The notes beneath the pieces are model-generated. The model worked only from the letters and a program-made list of their open reading frames with translations, was not told the origin of the DNA and made no database searches. Position numbers and translations under genes: made by a program. Positions 1 through 13,488 of a stretch of 64,000 nt of DNA are shown here, piece by piece. Origin of the DNA: Ptychomitrium polyphyllum (lineage: Eukaryota); contig OZ316775.1 of the NCBI GenBank assembly GCA_973851085.1, positions 9,424,001-9,488,000 of the forward strand, given 5' to 3'. Numbering within the stretch: the first letter of the stretch is position 1; every line of letters starts with the position of its first letter.

Positions 1-2305
1 TGGAAAACGCAACCCACACGTAAAATTCTCACGGGCACCGGAGCGCAAAGCCTCGACTCGCACAGCTTCACGCTCTGACGCACAGCATCTCGCCCCCTCG
101 TGCCCCCCCTGCCCCCTGCGCCTCCGACGGACGTCCCTACGGCGGACGATAATTGGCTACCACGGACGATAATCGTCTGGTGTGGAGGAGAATCCCCTTG
201 TGCGACGGACGAGAATCATCTTGCACGACGGACGACGTTTGATGGACGGACGAGGAGGTGGAAGGACGGAGCCAGTTGGCTAGGAGAGAGTATCTTAGAT
301 TTAGCAGTTCATCACCGTCGCTTGTGGTTCGGTCGACGGGGAGGGAACTGTATATAAAGCCGTCACTGCGCCCAAATCCAGCTTGCTCTAACACTGGCAT
401 ATATTTTCCTTCTTATACACTACTCGTCGGGTACATGAGATCCGCCGGTGTATCAAAAACTAATATTACTCCATCGGCCATTTGGATTCATGTTTATATG
501 GCTACTAATTTCATGGAAAGTGTGTGAAAGTATACTCGTCATCCTATGTATTTTGAGATGGATTTTATGTAAGTTTTTGTTTCAAGTCCAACAAAATCCA
601 ATGGCTAAAGGAGAATCTAGGCAGCTTATAGACTTCACATTGAAGTGACGCCTGTCAGTAGTGACGGTTTTGAGGATGATTGTCTGATTGTGGCATTTAT
701 GGGAGGCATATATAAAAGCGTCATGGTGCGCAAAATCGACATAATCTTACTTTTCCGTACACTTCAGGTTACGAAGTCTAAGCTCTCCGTAGATAAAGAA
801 GATAATGCAACTTTTTGTGCTTGAAGTGTTGATGTTGTGCGTGCTTCCCCTCTAGAGTTGATCCCAATCCACGAAGACTTTGCTCGCTTACTAAGTTGTA
901 TTTTTCCAATCTGTGCAGAATCGTCTCCACAGCTAGTTGACCTGAAATCTTGAGAAGCCTTTCGAGCTTTTAACAGGCTGAGAGACAGACGCATTTCGTC
1001 TTGACCAGGTGATGGTTACTTCTGGGCACGTACCTGCTTCTGCATGGGATAGTTGGCTTGAAACAAAAACTCATATAAAATCCATCAGCCATCGTAGTAT
1101 TCGACCAATTAAAGGAAGCCACTGCTACAATATCCGAGAAATCTATGTGACGCTCTAAGGTTCACGATGAACCTGAATTAGCTTTTCTGACACAGTTCTA
1201 ATTAAACTGAAAACTTTCAAGCTCTTAAGTACTCTAAAATCCTAAAAACTGAAGATTAACCGGCACAGTCTGCACAAACTTGTCTGCACCTACTCATTTA
1301 CTTCTCGAGAGACGCATTATAACGGATGAGAACCATTATAATCTGTACCAACAAAAGCCTGTCCATTCCCAGAATCCACTAGCTGCCTGCTCTTTCGCAG
1401 CAAACCTATCGTCACCGAGTCTGTACAGAATTGGCATCAGAATTCATGTGTGCACATCATTCTCACCCACTTTCAAAAGCGGAATAATCGCCAAGAAGAC
1501 ATCATCTAGATTTGGGATACATGTTGCTGTATAACGTGACCCTCGTCAACGCACTGAAACCAACGGCTGAGACAAACAGATTGAACTGGTACTGCATGAG
1601 TTTTTGTTTCAAGCCAAGATAAAAAGGATTAATTCCGGAACATGTTAATTAGATTTTGTTTCGTCCCTCACTTGATTCTAACTGGCCTGAAGGCATCGGC
1701 AGTGCTTTCTTCAAGGACATTGCATTAGGGGTATATGGAAGGAAGTGATCACGGATCGTCGATTGCCCCCAGCCCACCATGTCAAATGGGGTGACAGCTA
1801 TTCTAAATCATGTTTTCTTCCGCTCTTAATCAATATTTGACAGCAATTTGCCGGACTACAAACTGTTTTTGCAAGACTCACACACGAGTGACGGAGTGAT
1901 AAGAAGTAGATGCCAAATGTCATAAGTATTTGACGCAGGTTCGGGCAAACGTTCACGACATCAGATGGCACGAGACTGAACAATTCTGAAGCTTTCGGAA
2001 AAATTTAAAATATTCAGAAAACTGTTATGACTGTGTAAGTGACAGGTATAAGTGCAACCGCAAAGCTGATCGATACACCGTAACTTGTGAAGGTGTAGAG
2101 CAGCTGCATAACGATTCTGCCAGCACCAAACCCATCCATAGCAGTGACAACACTATACTAAATCTAATGAGTTGCTCATTGTAGTACATACAGGGGAGGC
2201 TCAGATTTCGTCCCATCGAGGATTGACATTGAACATAGCTGAAAAGACAACAAGAATTTCTTCAAGGAAATTCAAAAGGAAACCGACACCTTGTTGGAGT
2301 CCCAT

Positions 2306-3762
2306 AGCTGACTCTTCCAGCCGCAGACTTGAACCTGAACCTGCACAACCCAGATGGAGGAGGCCCGCAACCCCGGGACGGAGCGTGGGTCGGCCAGAGA
2401 GCCCCCGGAGCATGTGGACAAGACCACAGCGTGTTCGTCCAGTCTCTCCACCGAGCACTGCGGGTTCGATTCTCTCAACGACTAGAACCCAGATCTGCCA
2501 CGCTGCCAGTGCTTGAAGCGCAAAGCATGGCGCACGCATTCCGCCAAGGAGAAGGAGGAGGATCGCAAAACGGCCTCACGGCATGAAGCACACCGAGCCA
2601 CGACTAGGCGATCCTCCGGAGTTGCACGTTTTGGAGCTCAAACGCCCAAACGAGGGCTGCCGTGCGGTCGATGGAGCTCGTTTCTTTCAGTATGCGACCA
2701 ACACACCGAGCAATCAAGGCTCGAGTGCGGAGTGTGTGGTGGCCGGTGGCAGCCAGTGGCCCAGTACCATGGAAGTCGAGGGAGCGGCGAAGGGCCGGAG
2801 TACCAGAGCAGTACCACAACACCTGCATCCAAAGTGCCCCCATGGTGCAAGTTCAGCAGCAGTACTGACAGGAATATGCGAACTCGGAGCCCGGTGATCC
2901 CGACACCAGCATGATGCGGGATCAGCACGCGTACTCACGTGGTCATGAGAGGATTATGGAGTCGAGTGATTCCAACACCAGAACCGTTGAGCGCACTGAA
3001 GAATCAGCGTTGAAGCCCGCCGGATGGACAAATCCTCCTCGGCATGGCTGCTTGCAGATGCGGAGCAAGATACCCCCCATCTCATCCGAAGAGCAAGATG
3101 CCGTGGTGTCAGCTGAGGAGGAAGAGGGTCTTCGCTTTTGCCTACCCCCCTTGTATCGACACACTGCACGGTGCAGACGAAGGAGTGCGCCCTCTTCAGT
3201 TCTGTAGTGTTGCATGGAAGTAGTGGGGTCCGGTGGAGTATAGAAGGTCCGGACTTGCCTCGATAGAACGTGCCTCTTCTTTCGCGAAGGCGACCGAACT
3301 CCGAGCCCTCGGAGCAGTGCGCACATTCGCAGTTTCTGCAAGTCCTGGAAGTTACTGCCCGGTCACCTGAGTTCAGATGTTGTGCGACGAGGGCCCTCGA
3401 AGGGTCGATCTCACCGTACGTGGAGAATGTGTGTTGATACTGCAGTGTACACTGCTATTAACGACAGACGTAGAATCTTGTGGTGGTTCATGTTGTGACC
3501 CTCTGGTGACTGCATCGAATCAGTAGTTGCAACAGTGCAGATCGATGAGCATCTCTTGAGAGTGTTGGGTTTTACTTCACACGCCAAGCACATGGAGGTG
3601 GAACTTGGAGATGCGTGTGAGAAGGTTTAGATTCTCGTTTCATTGGTGCTCCTTGATTTACCGTCTGTCACTGAAGGGTCATCAATTTCTGTTCCATTCA
3701 CGTCAATGAAAATTGGGAACACGTGGATCAGCCGGAAAGCGCCTCCTATCTACCAAATCACT
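2306..3762 (+). repeat. Left arm of a 1,457-bp inverted repeat (partner 19997-21453)
   Basis: Reverse complement of 19997-21453. Mirrored ORFs have identical translations (2943..3341- = 20418..20816+; 3411..3593- = 20166..20348+; coordinate sum 23759). Identity breaks at 2305/21454 and 3763/19996. Confidence 0.97.
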
Positions 3763-4608
3763 CAAGGTGGAATAAACACGAATGGCCACGCATTTTAAAA
3801 GTAGAGTTGGAGCTGGATTCGCAAACTACCCATGTAAGCAACTTCAGGTTGGAACCCGTTTGAAAAGTATTTGATTTTTAGGAGAGTTCACTTTGTAGTG
3901 CTTGTATAAGAAAAGGTGCTGAGTCTGATGGAAATGGTCCAGCATTGAGTTGCTGCTTACCGGTATTAAGTATTCTTGGTGACTCTGTAAATGTCATCTG
4001 CAGGAGAAGGCCTTTTATCTCATACTTCAAAATGAGCCCACACAGATTTTACGATGTCTTGATCACGGGCTGCATTATGCTTGTTATTCTTTAAACTCTT
4101 GCGAGTCAATTAACAAGAATGGTGCTTTAGGTATTATAGAGATGATAACGCACGACCGCATTAAGTGTCGCACGTTGTGTTTTTGACTTAATTGATGGGT
4201 TTCACTGAGAAGGTGAAACTGTGGACTTCAAATAATGTCTTGAACAACCTGCACAGTATGTTTCGTTTTCTACCACCTTGTATCTTAATAATTCGACAAT
4301 AAAGTACCGAATCACAGGAGTTGAACTGCAATCATAACTTTAGACGCCTTGGCCTTCGTTGGGTTACACCACATTTTGTATAGGATCATATTCCGTAAAT
4401 TCTGTTCACATACCAGTATGATGCATTGGTCAGCCTTCTGTAATTAACAATCATTGGTTTTTGGACAAGCGGACCTACCTCACACATAGGGTACCTTAAT
4501 ATTGTTTCATATGGAATACAAGATCAAGTTCTCATGCCTGAGACCTATGATTTTCCAGTTTTCGTGCACAAAGTTCATAATCAAAATTATGAAAAAGGTC
4601 TAATACCT

Positions 4609-4950
4609 TTATTCGTCTTCGTGATGAAAATTCGTGATGGACAGTGAGTAATTTTCATCCCTCATTCCCTTCGAAGCTTCTTCATATGGGAAGTTCAGCA
4701 TTCTACGGGGTCGGCTCCGCCCCTTCTTTCCCTCAGAGGATTTTTCATCCGAGAAGCTCATGAGTCCATGGGGTTGGACTGGCCCCATCTCCTCTGGAGG
4801 TTCTTCATATGGAAAGTTCATGAGAAAATGTCCAAACCCTGGTTCCGCCACTAGTACAGAATTGATGTCGGAGTCGTCCGAGTCAGTATCTGGGTCCAAG
4901 TCTACAGGGCCTCGTTCTACACTACTCGTCGCTTCCGGTCTCATTGTCAT
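4609..4950 (-). CDS. Hypothetical acidic 113-aa ORF with four ~21-aa degenerate repeats (MNFPYEE/MSFSDEK/LNFPYEE/TNFHHED)
   Basis: ATG-to-TAA ORF with ~60-63 bp internal periodicity at 4615, 4678, 4741 and 4801. A cttag acceptor-like site lies directly before the ATG. No homolog recognised. Confidence 0.35.
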   Translation of the reverse strand: MTMRPEATSSVERGPVDLDPDTDSDDSDINSVLVAEPGFGHFLMNFPYEEPPEEMGPVQPHGLMSFSDEKSSEGKKGRSRPRRMLNFPYEEASKGMRDENYSLSITNFHHEDE

Positions 4951-5362
4951 CTAAGCACAAAATATGGAGAAACCCCCAACATGGTCAGAAGACATATCAT
5001 GAATCACTTTTATAACTTCAAGGTCTTCCAAAGGTGTCACAATATTGTAACGATGTATGATTAGGGCATTCGTACACCTTCCTTGACTCGATCAATTACG
5101 GGATAGGGATATTAGACCTAAGGTCTGGCATAAGATTTATTTTCATAACAACACTATTCTCCTAATACTCATACTGAGAAATTGCTCAAATAACCAAATA
5201 TGGCGTAGCTTGGCTATCAATTTATGTGTAGGTAAACCTGCAGCAATTTCTCAGCATGATTCTCAACTGGTTCACAGCAGGAGCTTCAGTTGTCCCCAGA
5301 AAATTAGTACTTATCGCAATGATACTGGTTATTTGACAGAAGACACCTTAAACTTTTGGATC

Positions 5363-8300
5363 CTATAGTTTAAATAGGGGAAACAAAAGTGAGGAAGTAG
5401 GGGGCGAGGCGGCTCGCTCAACTGCCTCAAGGGCTTGAACAAGGTGAACCAAATATGGCTCTTGTTGCGAACCAATGATAAGTAAGTCAACAAGTAACCC
5501 CAATTCTTTATTAAAGTCCGCATCTATTCGCCTGCACAACAAGAGTAAACATCATGCATATCTATGTGCAGAGCAAGGACTCGTAATTTTGCATGACTGG
5601 TGTAAACATAAAATCAGAAAAATAAGATTTAGCGAAAATAAATTTAGTTAAAAAGATGTAAAATCATTCATCAAGCCAAACATAGTATACATACCCAACA
5701 GTAATTTTGAGGTTTCTGTCATCTGCTGCTTGTCTAGCACGCTGAGGGTCGAGTTTGTTTTGTTTGCGAAGTCTGCCTTTGGATTTCTTCCTGGGGGAAG
5801 AAATATCTTCACCAAAGACTGATTGCAGTGAGATCACTAAACGTGGTGATTCCACATTATATCCGTCATCTTTCGTGAACAATGTTGGTATTAACCATTG
5901 GGTAGCTGTCGCATATTGAAGACAAATACCTTTCAAGTTATCCACTTTCTGCAATCCACAAAATGAGTCCTTACTAAAAGAGGGTCGGAGTATTCTCCTA
6001 GCAGACACCAAGCGAACCTTGAGGATGATGCATTTGAAATACGCATTTTCTGCTAAATCTAGGTACAGATTGTCAGTTTGATTTCAACGAGAGACTCAAC
6101 CGAATCTGATATGTTCCAACAAATACAAAATAGCAAAAACCCTCATACTTCGCTGGCTTAATTTTTCGTTTAATGTCTTTCAAACTGTTGAACTCCAATT
6201 TCTGTTTCTAAAAAAGCCTGATTCCTAAATGCTTCTAAATTAATACCAAGCAAGTCCATTGCTTTTCAGGATGCTGTTGAACGGTCAATTACCAGTTGTT
6301 GCTATTGAGAACTCTAAAGTGTTCATGTGTTTACCTTAAAAATCTTGGGCCAAAAGAACATGCATTGCTTGAGGCACTTATCCAAGAAGGATTCATGCTG
6401 TTGCATAACCTGCACTACCAGCCCAAACGAAAATGAGAAGAATCATACCAGTAGTAAATAAATTTACCAAACTGCGCAGGTTTCCTTAAAATATCAGATT
6501 GAAAGACGAATAACTCTGGATTGATCGGCATTAAAGAAATCCAACAACCTATTACTAAAATGGCTGTACCTCATCCACGCTGTTTGAGGAGCATAAACTA
6601 TTGTGTAAATTGTGCCAATTAGGTTCCAGCACCTGCGGATATAAATGCTCGTATTATCAAGTGCGACCACATTTGCATCAATATTGTTCACATACCTTTT
6701 CGCATGTTCAAAAGTTTGTAAAAGAATTCGTCGAGTTCTCCATTTAGATGCTGTTACGAAGTGCCTATAACCAGAATCTCTTCTAGGAACCATACACAAA
6801 TCAATATACCGCCACACAGATGTTCAATAATAACCAAATATCTAGAACCTTGACTGTATAATAGAAGTTTGAATTTTTGGACAAGAACGCGCTTTAGTGC
6901 ATTACCTCAAAAGTCATGTAGTGTTCGAAGCTTTGGACAAAATGGAGCATGCGTTGGCACACTGCATATGACCTAGCAATTGCTGTGCCAGTGACATCAA
7001 ACGGCCGGGTAGCCAGCTGCCATATAAAATCATGGTTATATCTCAGATATTCTGACTCGATGCAGGTTGAATGCAGATGGCTTATAAAACCGTACGAAAC
7101 ACTCATATTTTCGACCAGAATCTAAGAAACATAACCTCTGCGCGAAACAAGTGGATTCAAGAACAGTCTAACGAACCTGATGGATCTGCCAGGCAGCACA
7201 CAGCTGACGCCTTACGTGCTTGCAATGAAAAAGATGTCGAAATATAAGTTGATACTTGGTCAAAGCTCTCCTCGACAGCACCAATGACACCGGCCATCTA
7301 ACCTTAATGAGTAATGAAACACACCCACTCGCCACTTTAGACATTCAAGACTTCATTAAGCTTCTACCTTTGGCGCTACATAATTCCGAAAGGATCTCAG
7401 ATTTCATCTTACTGAAAAAGGCACCAACCTTGTAGTCCAGAACAAAAGTGTCTATGCCAGTTATGCTCCCAGTTGCGCCTCCGAAGGCATTGCTACTCTC
7501 TGTTTGTGTATTTTGATTGGCTGGACCGTTCTCGTTCTGCTTGATTTTCTGCAGCTGCACCTGGAGTGTTGATTTTTCCTGCGAGTGTGAAAGGAACAAG
7601 TTCTCAAGAGGAAGGATAAAGATCGGCTTAGGATGATCTGACAAAAATATCTATATCAAATGGAACTAAAGAAGGAAATTTCTTAGACCATGAAGAACGA
7701 TTCGTTTGTATTAAAAAGACAATAATATTGACTTCACTGAAGTCGTTGTTGCAAACGAGTACAAAGAAACTACATTGACAGGGATCCCCACAAAATCAAA
7801 CTTAAATTTTTTGTGACAAAACTGGTGTTACTGGAAACGATGAGCCCAGAAACAAAGAGCGGAGATGTGTACAAACAAGTATACAGACATCATCCGATTA
7901 TCTAATATGTAGTGGAAGAACAGTTACAATGATACACGTGAGGTCGTCGTGGTACGGATCCGATGCCGCGACTGATGTTCTTAGAGCCAGCTCCAATAGT
8001 GACTAGACATAAATCCCAGAAAGAAAGAATGTTGTTCAACAATACATATACATTAAGAAGTTGATTTACTAATTAGTAAACCAGCAGATGATATCTGTAC
8101 CGATACATTCGTCCATACTGAATAGTGCCATGCATCCTGTAAGCAACTGCAAAAAATGTAGATGGAGCTATGCCACATAAAAGAATTAGCACTACGCACA
8201 TCTGGAGATACAAAAATCAAGTGCTGTTTCACCAGAATAGTATGTAGTCTTGTTTACCTGTAGTCTTTCCTTCGATAGGGCTGCAGGTCTTTTCGCAAGT

Positions 8301-11300
8301 TCATCCTTGGCTGTATCCATGAAGACGACCAAGAAATCTCCCTGTGTTTTACAAGTATATTAAATCAACTAGTAATATTAGGTTCAGGTGCAATAAGCGT
8401 CACAGAAGAGTGTATAGCCCCTGAATTGGTTCGGAACAGCATACTAAACGATTGTCTAGTCAAAGCCCATGTCAAACAGGAGCTTCGCATAAATGACGTA
8501 ACTGGTATGGTTGTAATTTCATCAATGGGCTAGAAAAAGCTCCGAACGTATACCTTGTCAATGAAGAAGTAGTGTTTTACGGAGCGTAGCCTTCCTACAA
8601 GGTCAAACTGCAGTTGCGGATAAAATACAGAGAAAAATTTCTTTAGCATGGTATATGTAATGCTTTCAACGTCAAACACTAAAAAATACATTACAGGACA
8701 AAATATGACGGAGAATCATTCGTTAAACACTACTTACAGTAGTATATTTCCATTTTGCAATGGATTTTAAGTGACGAAAAGAACAAAATTCAAAGAAACT
8801 TCTCCGCTTGACAGAAGAAAATCAGGCAGGAGTATAAATCCAAGCTCCGGACAAAGATTCACCGAAACTATTTGTATTCTAAACAATCCGTTCCGTCAAA
8901 ATAACAATTTCGTGTGGATGCAGAAACAATGTATTACCTTGTTTACAATGAGATCAAGAAGCTCTGCACTTGCATAATTATGCGCAATGTTAATACGTTC
9001 CAGATACGGCCTTTTGGAAATAGGATTCACTACCCTTAACTCTTCAACTGATGGACCCTGAAAAACCAGTAATTTAAGAATCCGCATGTTTAATTTCCGT
9101 ATACATATCATATATGAATGCCAGAATGTATAGATTAAAACTTAAAAGATGCAGCACAGGGATCTTGATCCTCATCGTGCATCAATTTTAAGTTCCAAAC
9201 GTCAAATTACATGCTCTCCTCGAGTTCAGAGTGACCAACCTGTATACATTGGCCGCACTCCCGAATTGCATTCAAGTATTTCCCTGTAGTAAGAATGATT
9301 TCAGCGGAAGAAGCTAAAAAGTCTGGTATTTCCTTGCGCAAACTGTACCGTTTCTGCCAGTATGATGCATGGTAGTCCTGACTCAAACTCTCCTGGCACA
9401 ATTTGAAGCTTCTTGCAAGTTAACCATAAAAGCATTGTTAAGCTGCCTCCGGAGGTACATGACAGGCTGTTGCGTAACTCTTCATTAAGTGTACTCCTTG
9501 TACAACTAAGTGTGATACAAACCAGATAACTCAGTCTCTCAAGTTATTGATTCTAAGAAAGAAAAATTATTCAAGAATTGGCTATTGTTTCTTTCTCACT
9601 CCGCAAAACGAAGAGAGTACATTAGTGCTAAAAGTCAGTATGTCACGCACGTGGTACCTTTTCCAGTGTCTTGTTCTCCTCAATCAGAAACTCCCCGTAC
9701 GGATCATCAATAACCCCTTCATATACCCACCTGCCTTGATCATATCATTACCAAATTAAATACCGGGCTTATAACAAATAACAATATAGTTATAGTCTTC
9801 CAGAGGTCTGTAGGTGCAACAATATTATTAGAAATGAAAACCTACATGCGATCGTTGAATATGAAGCCCTAAACTTGAAGAAATATGCTTAATCATTTCT
9901 GAATTATGTTGTAATTGTTTTATTTCTCTAATAGAAACGAAAACTCCAAGCACATACTATCTGCATATAAAAAATTATCGACATATGTATCGTGCTATAA
10001 ATCGTCGGCATTCTCAAGATTTTTCAAATTTCAGCAGGTTCAAGAGAGGATTATTCCTTACCTTTCTAAGATTCTAAAATATGGAGAACTTGCAGCATGT
10101 GTAAGCTTTTGAAGTAAAGCCCTCACGGCACTGTCCCCAGCCATAGCTATTGCCTGTTATTTTTCAGAAATGGACTTAGATTAAATACAAACATGCATTC
10201 TATACCGACAGTTGACAACCAAGAAACGTTCTGATTGTCTGTAAAAAACATCCACACAAATTTTGAGATTACTTCACGCATAAATTGTTATCACAAAAGT
10301 TTTTGACTGCACACTTTGCGGTCTCAACTGCATTTGAAAATTGCTCAAGGGCACGTCAGATTTTTACCTGATCATGCAGCAAGTTCAATAAAGCAGCACC
10401 AGATGCGCCCTGCACTGATGCTGTTTGTAATACTGTAGAAAGGCATTGCATCGCTCCCATCATTGGCTGCATGTACACAAAAAACATTTGTGTGCACACA
10501 TTAGCAGCATGACATGATGAGCGAAAGAGTACTGTAAGCTACGACGATTAATAGAACTGTGTAGAGTTACCTGGACAAAAAACCACAAACCCGGCAAAGA
10601 TAAGCGCCCTAATCGGTACTGGTGCTCAAGCTGTGCAACCATGGCATGATAATCCTGCAGGCACAACAATCAATACCATAAAAGAGATTTTAACATGTCC
10701 GAACTAATAAATAATAATCGTATTACGGGTTACAGAAAACTACTAACATCGATCTCCTCCATCTGATGTAAACATGATCTACTTTGTACTTATAGGTAAA
10801 TAGTTGCTACCAAAGTAATATGTCATTTTGACGTAAAGAGACAATTCTGAAGCAAGTACTCACCTGAAGAATAGCTCGCAAACCAGCTGCAAATGCATGG
10901 TTTGTCAAACCATGCTTGAAATGTGATCTTCCCTCAGCAAATTGGCTCACAACCATGTAATTCTCACAGACCGGAAGAATCCGGTTTGCAAGCTCCTGCA
11001 CTCAACATTGTTAAGTACTTTCAATCATCTCTCTGATAGGTGGTGGCATATGTTCAAACGAAAAGTAAAGCAAGATGTAGAAAACCTGGTTGGCGTACAT
11101 GTAAAGAGCTGTTTAGTTTTGGGTCCACAAAAAAGACGAAGGAAAGGTCGTTTTCCTGACCCTTTCGCACATGTACATAGTTGCCATTGATACCCACCAT
11201 GGCAGCCAACAACTCGTCTACAATGATAAGCTCCTGAAGACATGAATTTGGCTCAGTTGCACATTCACGAATATGATTGTTTTAAGGACGGATGGAGTTA

Positions 11301-13488
11301 GGTTGTGAATTAAGAATATTTGTGACATGCAGCGTAACCACCAGTGCACATAATGTAGAACTTGGCTCAAGAAAATCAAACAAAGCTTTAAATGAAGAGT
11401 GTATTTAAGCTTCAACATTACGTTTCACAAAATAAATCTGTTATTCTAAATGAACATGTACTGATTCCTAGAAAGCTGCAAGAACTATCGCATTCAAATC
11501 CACCATCATTTTGCACAATTCACATGGGGAGGAGTACCTGAACAGATGGACAATATGCATCCAGCTGTTGAACATTCTCCATCTTTCTGCATGAGAAGAC
11601 TAAACGATAAGAAGTACTAATTTCTGAACAATTATTTCTGAAAATCCTAAACACATGGTCTGAGCAACAATCACGTTGGCAGCTGTAATTCATACTAAAA
11701 TAGAGGCGATACCGTGAAGAACTGAAACTTACCTCAAAGGTTCGTGCATCTTTGAACTGGCACTATCATCATCCTGAAACACTTACACGATCAACTGAAC
11801 ATCAGTCACAGACCAATAAGCAGCAACTAACAAATAGTCTTCATCTCAGCTTGTGAAACCAACAGAGTACTTAGCAGGCTTTTGAGGTACCGAAGACTAC
11901 ACAGAAAAGTAGAGCAGCGGGATTAAATGGAGTAAGCTATATAGCGAACCACAAAATAATTTATCATATGCATACATCTACGAATATAATAGTCGGTTGA
12001 ACTCAGTACCAGAAAAGCGTGACGTCCAGTAAGATAAGGTCGCTCAGAATTCCACCTGGGAGTCTCTGGATGCAGAACACTCGAATGGCTCTCCAAGTCT
12101 TCTAAATGAACAATAAAATAAACACGTCGTGAAATTCGGGTCAAAAGTTCAGCATTACTAGAATACTGTATAGTCATGCTGCACACCCCTAACCGTCTAT
12201 TCTTGTCACGCCTCACTTTAACACAAAAATTTGGTTCATCTTGAAACTTTCGTTGTGTCACAGTCTTCTATGTTAGAGGAAAGAAGTACAGTGCTCTATC
12301 TACTGATATTACATACCAAACATAGACCTAACCTTCACGAAAGTCCACATCTGTTTCCAAGCCGACTTTCTGCGTCTTGCTTGGCGATATCACGGTTCTA
12401 AATTTTTTATTTTATCTTAACACATGTTCAGACGGTGCTACGATGAAAAATATGCTCTACCGATCCGTTGATGCACACCTTTAATATGATGGGCATCTTA
12501 TGTACAATGATATGTAAATTTAAAAAGGTGACACAGTAGGAAGACATATTGAATTCTTTGGAATGATGAATAAAAACTTACGCTTCTTAACAGAAGGGCC
12601 GGTTTCCACATCTTCTGACTGCTCATTAACAACGCGTTGCCCCTCCATCTGCTGCGTGTTATCCACATAGTGTTCGACGTCGCTAGTGGTTAGCTCCTGC
12701 AATTCAAAATCAGAATAAGTCCCACGCCATCATGCCATCATGTGGCGTCATCTAATTTATGTGAGAAATCTTTTTTCCAAGTTGTCACACTCATTGAGCA
12801 CTAATCTAAGATTAAGTAATATACGTTTCCAGGAATGTACGTGCGACGACTATTGCTATTGGCACTCGACATTCCATCCGAAACAACTAAAGGCTCATCC
12901 ATCTTATGTTCCAGCTTTAGCGTCCGACAATACAATCTAAACAGGAACTCTATGAGTTGATTTAGTAATTATGATTCATGTGCTTCAGCCTACTAGCCAC
13001 AAACACAGTCACAGAATATCTCAATGTTGTGGATGAAAGACCTTAGAAAACGAACTACTGACGTCCGAGTCTTCGTCAAGCTCTAAGGGGAGGATGTCTG
13101 GGTAGTAGCCATCGTCAAAATCATATGATTCGGCCATCATGCCACTGTTGTTACAATCCACCCTTCATATATCATCCTCTCGTGTCGCATGTGAAAGTGT
13201 CCCCTTCTGGCCTTTTCTTGTATAACATGGTTCCAGCCCTCACGTCTGTTCGGGCAGGAACTCCTTCCCATACCACTGCTGCCAAAGTTCCGCATCAATT
13301 TCCATGTAATCCAACCACTTCATACTCTTGCGCTCCCAGTTTGCTGCCACAAAAAAATCACTAACACTTTCCGATCTGGTTATCTTTCCCAATTTCAACA
13401 AGATAGGTCGGTCTACTTGGAACCTAATCAACAAAGTCTGCTCCTCCATCAACTGATTTGTGCAAGTGCGCTGAGCTGCTAACGACAT
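5363..13488 (-). CDS. GCP2: Gamma-tubulin complex component 2 (Spc97/GCP2), about 24 exons. Conserved core spans 12105-5363; start codon uncertain.
   Basis: Exons with canonical GT-AG borders translate to plant GCP2 motifs: ETPRWNSERPYLTGR, QELIIVDELL, DYHAMVAQLEHQYRLGRLS, WVYEGVIDDPYGEF, ILTTGKYLNAIRECG, GDFLVVFMD, KYQLIFRHLFHCKHV, VLEPNWH, GSQQEPYLVHL. Stop TAG at 5363-5365. Upstream exons (13488-~13042, 12696-12582, 12437-~12332) give an acidic extension with in-frame stops. Confidence 0.93.

Noticed and set aside
418..662. CACTACT...AGTAGTG pair resembling CACTA ends
   Set aside because: Only a 7-bp match, and the flanking trinucleotides (ata/acg) differ.
764..1534. Short ORFs near the window start
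   Set aside because: No recognisable motif and no consistent splice model.
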